Shown piece by piece: positions 1 to 11,956 of a stretch of 64,000 nucleotides of DNA (position 1 is the stretch's first letter; each line of letters begins with the position of its first letter). The notes beneath the pieces are model-generated. The model made no database searches. It was given only the letters and a program-made list of their open reading frames with translations, and was not told the origin of the DNA. The DNA comes from Squalus acanthias (taxonomy: Eukaryota), in the NCBI GenBank assembly GCA_030390025.1, contig CM059431.1, forward strand, positions 146,198,001 to 146,262,000. Reading direction: 5' to 3'. The translations under genes were made by a program, and so were the position numbers.

Positions 1-532
1 ACATTCATTGTGGATACACAGAAACTGCCTGATCCCGCACACTGCAGACACACCCATGTCACCGCCAACCAGCTCTCCTGCCACTGGTGCCGTCTCCCTT
101 CCAGCCTTTCGCTGCCTTGTTTGTTACGAAGCATTCTGATTGTCCCGGTATTAATTTCTGACCTGCACTAATGAGAATCCATTAAATGGCTCAGAACAGT
201 TAATTGCACAGATAAAAGAATTACATTTTGTGGAAGATGTGTAAAATTATGACCCGTTGCTCCACTGGGCCACAGTTTGAACTGTTCCGGGAAAAACTTA
301 CAAACTTGGGCAGGTGGAATAGTTCGTCGCAACTTTCTGCTTTCAATGTTCAACGACCCACCGCAAAATATAGTTTGGTGCAGTAATGTTAGAGTAGAGT
401 CACCACCAGTAATGCTCGAGTAGTGTGACCACCAGTAATGTTAGAGTAGAGTCACCAACAATAATACGATAGCAAAATACTGCAGGTGCTGGAAATAAAA
501 CGCTGGAAAAACTCAGCAGGCGAGGCAGCATC

Positions 533-1237
533 GACGACACGGCCCTCGACCGTGTCCGTTCTATCTCCCGCACTTCTGCCCTCACCCCTGCCCCTCCCTC
601 CTGGAACCACGATAGAGTTCCCCTTGTCCTCACCTTTCACCCCACCAGACTCCACATTCAACGGATCATCCTCCGCCATTTCTGCCACCTCCAGCGTGAT
701 CCCACCACCAAACGTATCTTTCCCTCACCTCCCCTTTCAGCATTCCGCAGGGACCGCTCCCTCCGCGACACCCTAGTCCACGCCTCTACCACCCCCAGCA
801 CCCCTTCCCCTTCGCCCGGGACCTTCCCGTGCAAGCGCAGGAGATGCAACACATGCCCTTATACCTCCCCTCTTCCCACTGTCCAGGGCCCCAAACACCC
901 CTTCCAGGTGAAACTGCGATTTACTTGTACTTCCTGCAATTTAGTATACTGTATTCGCTGCTCACGATGTTGTCTCCTCTACATTGGAGAGACCAACTGC
1001 AGATTGGGTGACCGCTTTGCGGAACACCTCCGTACAGTCCGTAAGGGGGACCCCGAGCTCCCGGTCGCCTGTCACTTTAATTCACCACTTCACTCCCACA
1101 CTGACCTCACCGTCCTCGGCCTATTACACTGTTCCACGGAAGCGCAGCGTAAGCTCGAGGAACAGCACCTCATCTTTCGTTTAGGCACGCTACAGCCCTC
1201 TGGACTCAATATCGAGTTCAACAATTTTAGATCATAA
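533..1237 (+). pseudogene. PLE ORF C-terminal fragment (linker + GIY-YIG endonuclease), no start codon
   Basis: ORF 908..1237 extends upstream in frame without stops to the inversion junction at ~533. Confidence 0.88.
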
Positions 1238-1515
1238 CCTTAGCCCCATCACATTTATATTTTATTTTCTCATCCACCCTTTTATTTGCATCCCCCCTTT
1301 TTTTGCCCCTCCTAGTAGCTGCCAGCACTACTTCATTCTGCCAGTGCATTTCACACTTCTTTCAGCCTTAACCTGTCACATTAACACCACCTCTTGCCTT
1401 GAATATCTCTTAATGTCTCTTAATGTCTCTTAATCTCTCCTTTTGTTCTTTCATCCCCTCCCCCTTTTCCCAGCTTTATCCTTGCCTTAAATCTATTTGA
1501 CTTCCTGCAGTCTCC

Positions 1516-1552
1516 AGTTCTGATGAAAGGTCTTCGATCTGAAACGTTAACT
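1516..1552 (+). ncRNA. Minimal type I hammerhead ribozyme motif in PLE pLTR (family A)
   Basis: AGTT-CTGATGA-A-AGGTC-ttc-GATCT-GAAA-CGT-T-AACT. Core boxes present, stem II, palindromic ACGT stem III, stem I AGTT/AACT. Confidence 0.8.
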
Positions 1553-4500
1553 CTGTTTCTCTCTCCAGGAATGCTGCCTCGCCTGCTGAGTTTTTCCAGC
1601 GTTTTCTGTTGTTATTTCACCAACAATAATGTTAGAGTAGAGTCACCACCAGTAATGTTGGAGCAAGGTTATAGTAGGGTAACCACCAGATATGTTAGAG
1701 CAAAAACTCAAACATTAATGTTAGAGTAGAGTCAACACCAATAATGTTAGAGTAGAGTCACCACCAGTAATGTTAAAATAGGGACACCACCAGTTATGTT
1801 ATAGTAGGGTCACCACCAATAATGCTATAGTAGAATTACTACCAGTAATGTTAGAGTAGAGTCACCACCAGTAATGTTAGAGTAGAGTCACCACCAGTAA
1901 TGTTAGAGTAGAGTCACCACCAGTAATGTTAGATTAGAGTTACCATCAGTAATGTTAGAGTAGAGTCACCACCTGTAATTTTAGTGTATATTCACTACGA
2001 GTAATGTTAGAGTTGAGTCACGACCAGTAATGTTAGAGTAGATTCAGAACCAGTAATGTTAGAGTAGAGTCACTAACAGTAATGTTAGAGTAGATTCACC
2101 ACCAGTAATTTTTGAGTACAGTCACCACCACCAATGCTGGAGTAGATTCACCACCTGTAATTTTAGAATATATTCACCACGAGTAATGTTAGAGTAGAGT
2201 CACCACCAATAATGTTAGAGTAGAGTCACCACCAGTAATGTTAGAGTAGAGTCACCACCTTTAATTTTAGAATATATTCACCTCGAGTAATGTTAGAGTA
2301 AAGGCACCAGCAGTAATGTTGAAGTAGGGGGATCACCAGTAATGTTAGCGTAGAGTTACCACCAGTAATGATATATTAGAATAACCACCGGTAATGTTAG
2401 TGTAGATTCACCACCAGTAATGTTAGAGTAGGGTGACCACCATTGATGTTAGAGTAGGGTCACCACCAGTAATGTTACAGTAGGGTCACCACCAGCATTG
2501 TTATTGTAGAGTCACCACGAGTAACGGTGGAGTAGGGTCACAACCAGTAATGTTCGAATAGAGTGACCACCAGTAAAGTTCGAGTCGTGTCAACAACAAT
2601 AATTTCCGAGTAGGGTCACCACCAATAACGTTAGAGTAGTGTCACCACCAGTAATGTTGGAGTAGTGGCATCACCAGTAATGTTAGACTAGGGTCGCCAT
2701 CAGTCATGTCAGAGTAGATTCACAACCTGTAACGCTAGAGTAAAGTCACCACCAGTAATGTTAGAGTAGAGTCGCCGCTAGTAATGTTAGAGTAGGCTCA
2801 CTAACAGTAAAGTTAGAGCAGGTCACCTCCAGTAATGTTAGATTAGTGTCATCACCAGTAATTTTAGATTAGGGTCACCACAAGTAATGTTAGACTCGGG
2901 TCACGGCCATTACTGTTGAGTAGAGTCACCACCAGTAATGTTTTAGTAGATTCACCACGAGAAATGTGAGAGTAGAATCACCACCAGTAATGTTAGAGTT
3001 GGGTCACCAGCAGTAATGTTAGAGTAGAGTAACCACCCGTAATTTTCGAATCCGGACAACACCAGTTATGTTAGAGCAGTTCCACCACCAGTAATGTTAT
3101 AGTAGAATTACCGCCAGTAATGCTAGAGTTGGGTCACCACCAGTTATGTTAGAGTAGAGTCACCAGATGTAATGTTAGAGTAGAGTCACCATCAGTAATG
3201 TTAGATTAGGGTAACCAGCATTAATGTTAGATAAGGGTCACCACAAGTAATGTTAGACTAGGGTCACCGCCATTAATGTTAGAGTAGGGCACCACCAGTA
3301 ATGTTAGTGTAGAGTCACCACCAGTAATGTTGGAATAGGGTGAATACCAGTAATGTAAGGGTAGAGTGACAACGAGTAATGTTAGAGTCGGGACAACAAC
3401 AGTAATTTTAGATTAGAGTCAGCACCAATAATGTTAAAGTAGAGTCAACACCATTAATGTTGGAGATGGGGCACCGCCAGTAATGTTAGAATGGAGTCAC
3501 CACCAGTAATGTTAGAGAACATTCACCACCAGCAATGTTAAAGTAGGCTCACCACAAGTAATGATAGAATAGAGTTACCATCAGTAATGTTAGAGCAGCG
3601 TCACCAACAGTAATGTTAGAGTAGAGTCACCACCATTAATGTGTGAATAGGGACAACACCAGTTATGTTAGAGTAGTGCCACCACCAGAAAAGTTATAGT
3701 AGAATTACCACTAGTAATGTTAGAGTAGGGTCACCAGCAGTAATGATAGAGTAGATTCACCAGCAGTAATGATAGAGTAGATTCACCAGTAGTAATGTTA
3801 TAGTAGAGTCACCATTAGTAATGTTAGATTACAGTCATCACCAGCAATGTTAGATTAGGGTCGCCGCAAGTAATGTGAGAGTAGGGTCTCCACCAGTAAT
3901 GTTAGTGTCGGGTCACCACCATTAATGGTGGAGTAGGGTCGGTACCTGTAATCTTAGGGAAGAGTGACAAACAGTAATGCCAGAGTAGGGTCAACAACAG
4001 TAATTTTAGAGTAGGGTCACTATCAATAATGTAAGAGAATAGTCACCATCATTAATTTTGTAGTTGGGACATTACCAGTAATGTTAGAGTAGAGTCATGA
4101 TCAGTAATGTTAGGGTTTATTCACCACCAGTAATGTTAAAGTGGAGCCATCACCTGTAATATTATTGTAGAGTCACCACCAGAAATTATAGATTATGGTC
4201 ACCACCAGTAAAGTTAGAGTAGGTCACCTCCAATAATGTTAGATTAATGTCACCACCAGTAATGTTAGAGTAGAGTCACCAACTGTAATGTTTGAGTATA
4301 GTCACCACCAGTAATGTTAGAGTAGAATCACCAGCATTCATGTTAGAGTAGAGTAAACGCCAGTTGTGTTGGAGTAGCGTCACCATCAGTAATGTTAGTG
4401 TAGAGTCCCCACCAGTAATGTTGGAGTAGGGTCACTACCAGTAATGATAGAGTAGAGTGACCACCAGTAATGATAGAGTATGGTCAGCAACATTAATGTT

Positions 4501-5903
4501 AGAGCAGTGTCTCCACCAGTAATGTTGGAGTAGGGGCACCAACAGTAATGTTATAATACAGTCACCACAATAAATGTTAGATTAGAATCACCACCAGTAA
4601 TGTTAGAGTAGAGTCAAAAACCAATAATGTTAGAGTAGATTCAACACCAGTAATGTTCGAATACGGACAACACCAGTTATGTCAGAGTAGTGCCACCACC
4701 AGTAATGTTATAGTAAATTTATCGCCAGTAATGTTAGAGTATAGTCACCAACAGTAATGTTGGTGTAGAGTCACCAGATGTAATGTTAGAGTAGAGTCAA
4801 CACCAGTAATGTTAGGTTAGGGTCACCACCAGCAATGATAGATTAGGGTCACCACCAGTAATGTTAGAGTAGAGACACCACCAGTAATGTTAGAGCAGAG
4901 TCACCAACAGTAAGGTTAGAGTAGCGTCACCAACAGTAATGATATATTAGAATAACCACCAGTAATGTTAGAGTAAAGTCACCAGCAGTAATGTTAGAGT
5001 GGAATAACCACCAGTAATGTTAGAGTAGAGTCAGCACCTGTAATTTTAGAATATATTCACCACGAGTAATGTTAGAGTAGAGTCACCACCAGTAATGTTA
5101 GATTAGACTCACCACCAGTAATGTTACAGTAGAGTCAGCACCTGTAATTTTAGAATATATTCACCACGAGTAATGTTAGAGTAGAGTCACCACCAGTAAT
5201 GTTACAGTAGAGTCACCACCTTTAATTTTAGAATATATTCACTACGAATAATGTTAGAGTAGAGTCACCACCAGTAATGTTAGATTAGAGTCACCACCAG
5301 CAATTTTAGAGTATAGTCACCACGAGTAATGTTAGAATAGGTTCATCATCAGTAATGTTACAGTAGCGTCATTACCAGTAATGTTTGAATAGAATCACTA
5401 GCAGTAAAGCTACAGTAGAGCCACCACCAATAATGTTAGATTAGTTTCACCATCAGTAATGTTACAGTAGCGTCATTAACAGTAATGTTTGAATAGAATC
5501 ACTAGCAGTAAAGTTATAGTAGAGCCACCACCAATAATGTTAGATTAGTTTCATCATCAGTAATGTTACAGTAGCGTCATTACCAGTAATGTTGAAGAAA
5601 GGTCACCACAAGTTATGTTAGATTGGATTCACCAGCAGTAATGTTAGAGTAGAGATACAACCAGTAATGTTAGATTAGGGTCACGAACAGTAATGTTAGA
5701 GTAGAGTCACCACCAGTAATGTTAGAGTAGAGTCACCACCAGTAATGTTAGAGTAGAGTCACCACCAGTAATGTTAGAGTAGTGTCACCACCAGGAATCT
5801 TAGTGTAGAGTCACCACCATTAATGTTGAAGTAGGGTCACTACCCGTAATGTTACAGTAGAGCGACCACCAGTAAAGTTAGAGTCGGGTCAACAACAGTA
5901 ATT

Positions 5904-6035
5904 CCGACGAAGGGTTTCGACCTGAAACGTTAACTCTGTTTCTCTCTCCACCGATGTTGCCTGTCCTGCCGAGTTTTTCAAGCGTTTTCTGTTGTTATTT
6001 CGGATTTCCAGCATCCGCAGTATTTTGCTATCGTC
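5904..6035 (+). mobile_element. Solo PLE pLTR fragment (family A) with mutated hammerhead core
   Basis: Homologous to 1520-1618 and to the reverse complement of 466-500. Flanked by direct repeat ACAGTAATT (5895-5903, 6036-6044). Core reads CCGACGA. Confidence 0.85.
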
Positions 6036-9000
6036 ACAGTAATTTCCGAGTAGGTTCACCACCAATAACGTTAGAGTAGAGTCACCAGCAGTAATGTTGG
6101 AGTAGGGGCATCACCAGTAATGATAGCGTAGAGATAACACCAGTAATGATATATTAGAATAACCACCAGTAATGTTAGAGTAAAGTCACCTGCAGTAATG
6201 TTAGAGTGGAAGAACCACCAGTAATGTTAGAGTAGATTCACCACCAGTAATGTTAGAGTAGGGTCACCACCATAAATGTTAGAGTAGGGTGACCACCATT
6301 AATGTTAGAGTAGGGTCACCACCAGTAATGTTACAGTAGGGTCACCACCAGTATTGCTAATGTAGTGTCACCACCAGTAATGGTGGAGTAGGGTCACAAC
6401 CAGTAATGTTCGAATAGAGTGACCACCAGTAAAGTTCGAGTCGTTTAAAGAACAATAATTTCCGAGTAGGGTCACCACCAACAACGTTAGAGTAGTGTCA
6501 CCACCAGTAATGTTGGAGTAGTGGCATCACCAGTAATGTTAGACTAGGGTCGCCATCAGTAATGTCAGAGTAGATTCACCACCTGTAACGCTAGAGTAAA
6601 GTCACCACCAGTAATGTTAGAGTAGAGTCGCCACCAGTAATGTTGGAGTAGGCTCACTAACAGTAAAGTTAGAGCAGGTCACCACCAGTAATGTTAGATT
6701 AGTGTCATCACCAGTAATGTTAGATAAGGGTCACCACAAGTAATGTTAGACTAGGGTCACGGCCATTACTGTTGAGTAGAGTCACCACCAGTAATGTTTT
6801 AGTAGATTCACCACGAGAAATGTGAGAGTAGAATCACCACCAGTAATGTTAGAGTTGGGTCACCAGCAGTAATGTTAGAGTAGAGTCACCACCAGTAATG
6901 TTGGAATCCGGACAACACCAGTTATGTTAGAGTAGTTCCACCAGCAGTAATGTTATAGTAGAATTACCGCCAGTAATGCTAGAGTAGGGTCACCACCAGT
7001 TATGTTAGAGTAGAGTCACCAGATGGAATGTGAGAGTAGAGTCAGCATCAGTAATGTTAGATTAGGGTCACCACCAGTAATGTTATATTAGGGTCACCAC
7101 AACTAATCTTAGATTAGGGTCACCGCCATTAATGTTAGAGTAGGGTCACCACCAGTAATGTTAGTGTAGAGTCACCACCAGTAATGTTGGAATAGGGTCA
7201 GTACCAGTAATGTAAGGGTAGAGTGACAACCAGTAATGTTAGAGTCGGGTCAACAACAGTAATTTTAGATTAGAGTCAGCACCAATAATGTTAAAGTAGA
7301 GTCAACACCATTAATGTTGGAGATGGGGCGCCACCAGTAATGTTAGAATGGAGTCACCACCAGTAATGTTAGAGTAAATTCACCACCAGTAATGTTATAG
7401 TAGGGTCACCACCAGTAATGATAGAGTAGAGTTACCATCAGTAATGTTAAAGCAGCGTCACCACCAGTAATGTTAGAGTAGAGTCACCTCCATTAATGTG
7501 CGAATAGGGACAACACCAGTTATGTTAGAGCAGTATCAACAGCAGAAAAGTTATAGTAGAATTACCACCAGTAATATTAGAGTAGGGTCACCGCCAGTAA
7601 TGATAGAGTAGATTCACCAGCATTAATGTTATAGTAGAGTCACCATTAGTAATGTTAGATTACGGTCATCACCAGCAATGTTAGACTAGGGTCACCGTCA
7701 GTAATGATAGAGTAGGGTCACCACCAGTAATGTTCGTGTAGGGTCACCACCATTAATGGTGGAGTTGGGTCGGTACCTGTAATGTTAGAGAAGAGTGACA
7801 AGCGGTAATGCCAGAGTCGGGTCAACAACAGTAATTTTAGAGTAGGGTCACCATCAATAATGTTAGAGAAGAGTCACCACCATTAATGTTGTAGTTGGGA
7901 CACTACCAGTAATGTTAGAGTAGATTCACGATCAGTAATGTTGGAGTAGAGTCACCACCAGTATTGTTAGAGTAGAGTCACCACCAGTAATGTTAGAGTA
8001 GAGTCACCACCAGTAATGTTGGAGTAGAGTCACCACCAGTAATCTTAGAGTAGAGTCACCACCAGTAATGTTAGAGTAGACTTACCAAAAGTAATGTTAG
8101 AGTAGAGTCACCACCAGTAATGTTAGAGTAGAGTCACCACCAGTAATGTTAGAGTAGAGTCACCACCAGTAATGTTGGATTAGAGTCACCACTAGTAATG
8201 TTAGAGTAGAGGCACCACCAGTAATGTTAGAGTAGAGTCACCGCCAGTAATGTTAGAGCAGTTTCACCACCAGTAATGTTAGAGCAGAGTTACCGCCAGT
8301 AATGTTAGAGTACAGTCACCGCCAGTAATGTTAGAGCAGTTTCACCACCAGTAATGTTAGAGTAGAGTCACCACCAGTAATGTTAGAGTAGTGTCACCGC
8401 CAGTAATGTTAGAGTAGAGTCACCGCCAGTAATGTTAGAGCAGTTTCACCACCAGTAATGTTAGAGTAGAGTCACCGCCAGTAATGTTAGAGTAGTGTCA
8501 CCACCAGTAATGTTAGAGTAGTGTCACCACCAGTAATGTTAGAGTAGAGTCACCACCAGTAATGTTAGATTAGAGTCACCACCAGTAATGATAGAGTAGA
8601 GTCACCACCAGTAATGTTAGTTTAGAGTCACCACCAGTAATGATAGAGTAGGCTCACCACCAGTAATGTTAGTTTAGAGTCACCACCAATATTGTTCGAG
8701 TAGAGTCACCACTATTAATGTTCGAGTAGAGTCAGCACAAGTAATGTTAGAGCAGAGTCACCAATAGTAATGTTAGAGTACAGTCACCACCAGTAATGTT
8801 AGAGTATGTTCACCACCAGCAATGTTAGTGTAGGGTCACCACCAGTAATGTTAAATTAGAATCACCACCAGTAATGTTAAAGTGGGCCCTCACCAGTAAT
8901 ATTTGCTTAATGTTAGCGGTGAATCATCGCCAGTATTGTTAGCGATGAATCATCGCCTGTAATTTTAGAGAGGAGTCATCACTACAGTAAAAAAAATAAT

Positions 9001-9219
9001 AATGAGGCAATGGATGAGTGAAGTTTTCACCGAATGAATTTGAGACCCCAAGAGCCTAACACAGTGTCCAGGAGGAATGGTCCATTCAGAGTTCCGTACA
9101 ATTTCCCCATTGGCGGCCCGGCGCACGGAAGCGGAAAATCGCCCCTTGTTTGTTAAGTGACTGTAACTAACGCCACTTATTGTGTAATATGTTTTTTCTG
9201 ACCGTGACACCGATTGCTC

Positions 9220-9226
9220 TATAAAT
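9220..9226 (+). promoter_or_regulatory. TATA box of GPCR copy 1
   Basis: TATAAAT 83 bp upstream of the exon 1 ATG; conserved in copy 2. Confidence 0.6.
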
Positions 9227-9302
9227 GGGGAGTATTTACTGATCTCAGATACATTCCAGTCCGAACCGTAAAGCTGGACAGATTTCGCACCGTTCTTTTA
9301 AA

Positions 9303-9372
9303 ATGGAGCAGCTAATACTTCTACAGATAAAGCAAATTTACTGCCCTATTCTCGCAACCTTTGGGGCTCCCG
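9303..9372 (+). CDS. Class A GPCR (probable GPR139-like family), copy 1, coding exon 1 (MEQLILLQIKQIYCPILATFGAP)
   Basis: ATG in AAAATGG context. Phase-1 donor G|GTAATT joins exon 2 in frame to complete TM1 (GAPANIL). Confidence 0.85.
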
Positions 9373-10332
9373 GTAATTCAATGTATTCTGTTGCCTAATA
9401 GCTGTTGGTTATCTCAGTGTTAATGTAACATATTCCGAGAATGTCCTCATTGCAGAGTCATTTATCCACCGGGATCAATCGGTGAATATCAGCGGGAATC
9501 CGATGAGTCGCGCGGCCGCTGAGGCGCTGTTTCTGTCGCTCGATCGTGGCCAACGGGAGCTGAACCTTCCTCCCTATACTGAGGGAGGGCGAGGCTGATT
9601 CCCCGGCCCCTCCAATAGTACATAGATCACCAAAGAATGTGTTGCTTAGTGCCCATGTTAATCATTTCATTTGTACCGTTGTTCCCTGTCTACTTTAAGT
9701 TGATAATTCCTATTACTGCAGGCACCTCCACCCATCAGAGGACTGTGAAAGATATTTGGAGCAATAATTTCCGCTCAGGGAGCTGCTCCACTCCCCTCGG
9801 CTTAAAGAACCTTCGCGTTCCACCAGCTCCCGCTCTGTTACCGAGCAGCTCCCTCAGGGCCATTAGAAATAGAAAAAGCGCAGTTTCGACCCACATCGAA
9901 TGTTTGTGTCTCAGCTGAATGTATTATTTGAATTCATATCTTTCCAGTAATTGTTTGTAAATTATATTTAATACAGCTGACATCTGATGCCGCTCCCGAG
10001 ATCCCCCTCGCCAATTAAGCCGATGAGATTAAATGTAAAATTCCATCGATTGCTCCCTGGGGCCGCTGTAGTAACTCATCAAATTGGCTCGGTGCATCAC
10101 ATGGTCCCAGCCTCATGGCGGGATGGTTTCAGCGCTCCACACTGCAATGGAATGTGTGTTTGGATGTATGTAAGGGAATCCGCTTCTTTATTGACTGTGA
10201 AAATTAACAAGTTATATAACCGTCAAAGGTTGCCCCTTAAGGGACTTTAATCTCTTACTGTACCGTCCCTGCGAGGTACTGCGGCTTGACCTGGTCCGCA
10301 CCGTTAACGTGTGAATGGAGCCTCAATGGATT

Positions 10333-10428
10333 TCTAATGAAAGGTTTCGACATGAAGTGGTAACTTTGTTTCCTTCTCCACAGATGATGCTTGTCCTGTT
10401 GAGTATTTCCAGAATTTTCTGATTTTTT
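10333..10428 (+). mobile_element. Old degenerate PLE pLTR remnant (family A-related) in GPCR intron
   Basis: CTAATGAAAGGTTTCGACATGAAG..TAACTTTGTTT..TCTCCACAGATG..GAGTATTTCCAG resembles 1520-1610. A second copy lies at ~43273-43368. Confidence 0.6.
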
Positions 10429-10885
10429 TCATGAATATAGTGTCAGTGGCGATATCGATGGAGATTCAATTGGAAGAGATGTATCATGGTCGACTGATCC
10501 ATTGTCGCCCGTTTCACACTGTTGCCCAAAGTCAAAATTCCCCTCCGTTCAGCCATCAGTGCCTGGGTGTCGGTGGTGTTGGGGGTCGCTATCCGATACC
10601 ATTAAGATATTGAATACGAGTGAACTTCCCAGCACCAAACTCCACCCACCGGCTTGACACAGTCTGACTGAAGTGTGCTGGAATGACGGCGCATTCTCAG
10701 TCCCTCGATATTGTGTGTTTAATGATTACTTTCGTTTGAAAAATATATTGTCAATGCTCGCCTACATTATGAAGAGAAACCGTGTGCATAACCCTCAGTA
10801 GGAACACATCGGTTCATTCCCCACAATACGCTGTGAGATTTATCCGACTGTCCCCATTACTTACTCTTGTCCCTCTTTCTTACAG

Positions 10886-11814
10886 CGAACATATTGACAA
10901 TGGTGATTCTCTCCAGAGGGAAATGCGGCCTTTCCAAATGTATCTCGGTCTACATGGTGGCCATGGCAACAGCAGATCTACTGGTCATTATCCTCAATGT
11001 AATCGTATATAACATTTTGAATAAACACTTCCCATTTTCATTCCTGTCCTACACTGCCGTTTGTAAGTTCATGATGTACATGTGTTGTGTCAGCCTGGAT
11101 ATGTCGGTGTGGTTTACCGTCTCCTTCACATTTGATCGATTTGTAGCTATATGTTGTCAGAAGTTTAAAACAAAGTATTGCACAATGAGAACTGCGGCCG
11201 CGGTCATAACAACGGTCTCTGTTCTGGTTTTTTTACAGAACATCCCCTTTTTGTTTGCCTATAAGCACAAACTAATAATCAACAATGTTCCCTGGGGTTG
11301 TCGCCCCAGTATGGTCTTCTTTTTATCTCCTGCAGGTGTAGCCTACTACCATTTACAAAGTATTTTAATTACATATCTTCCTTTTGCTTTGATATTACTG
11401 TTTAATTGTTTGACAGTCAGACGTATTTTAGCTGCCAGTAGAGCCCGCAGGGAACTCCGGGGTCACAGCAGTGAGAATCAGAGCGATCCAGAGATGGAGA
11501 GCCGAAAGAAATCCATCATTTTACTGTTCATTGTATCGGGCAGTTTTGTATTGTTGTGGCTGACATCTGCCGTGAGTTCTGTAGTTAACAACCTGGCCGT
11601 GCATCACCGACCCGATTATGCAGACCCTGCATACATCGCCACTGAAACCGGATATCTACTCATGTATTTGAGTTCCTGTACAAACACTTGTATTTATGCA
11701 GCTTCACAAACTAAATTCAGGGAAGAGCTGAAGAAGGTGGTGAAATCTCCTTGGACATTGATTCTGATATTGGTTAAAAAAAATGAAAAATTAACTGCAG
11801 CTTTCTTTAACTAG
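10886..11814 (+). CDS. Class A GPCR (probable GPR139-like family), copy 1, coding exon 2; spliced protein 332 aa
   Basis: Polypyrimidine tract + TACAG acceptor. Hydrophobic TM1(end)-TM7. Motifs MATADLL (TM2), C at top of TM3, FTFDRF (DRY), WGC in ECL2, LPF (TM5), FVLLWL (TM6), NTCIY (NPxxY), KFREEL (helix 8). Confidence 0.93.
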
Positions 11815-11956
11815 AGTAAAATTGCAGCCCGTGTTCCATTTTAGAATGGCCGTCTTACCGTTCGGACGAAAGCCGATTGTTGCTCTGAAAATGAACAGGT
11901 ATCAGAAAACCTTTCTTCCTTTTTGTGCCGTGTGTTTTGTGTCTGCTGCTTTCCCT

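Larger units (their letters stand above)
466..1617 (+). mobile_element. 5'-truncated Penelope-like retroelement (Neptune-type) with inverted pLTR segment at its 5' end
   Basis: Frame is stop-free from 533 to 1237: RT-thumb/linker (RVPLVLTFHP, AFRRDRSLRDTLV), Cys motif CKRRRCNTC, then GIY-YIG endonuclease (LVYCIRC..LYIGET..RFAEH..E..GLN). 466-532 is the reverse complement of the pLTR end. TCACCAACAATAAT flanks both sides (452-465, 1617-1630). Confidence 0.93.
381..8990. repeat. 26-bp tandem satellite, array 1 (consensus GTAATGTTAGAGTAGAGTCACCACCA), interrupted by PLE insertions
   Basis: Hundreds of head-to-tail monomers. Near-consensus run at ~7935-8660; degenerate monomers at ~8880-8990. Confidence 0.97.

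Noticed and set aside
1..380. Possible exon or ORF 168..353 in the unique sequence at the window start
   Set aside because: No recognisable homology or convincing splice structure; truncated by the window edge.
9480..9900. GC-rich intronic segments with weak inverted similarity (possible MITE)
   Set aside because: I could not define TIRs or a TSD reliably by eye.
9637..10613. Short ORFs in the GPCR intron (and their copies at 42573-43553)
   Set aside because: Intronic, with no recognisable domains; they recur only because of the duplication, and some are frameshifted between copies.
10867..10885. TTG start of ORFs 10867 and 43807 as the true N-terminus
   Set aside because: This is the intron polypyrimidine tract and acceptor; TM1 is completed by the upstream exon.
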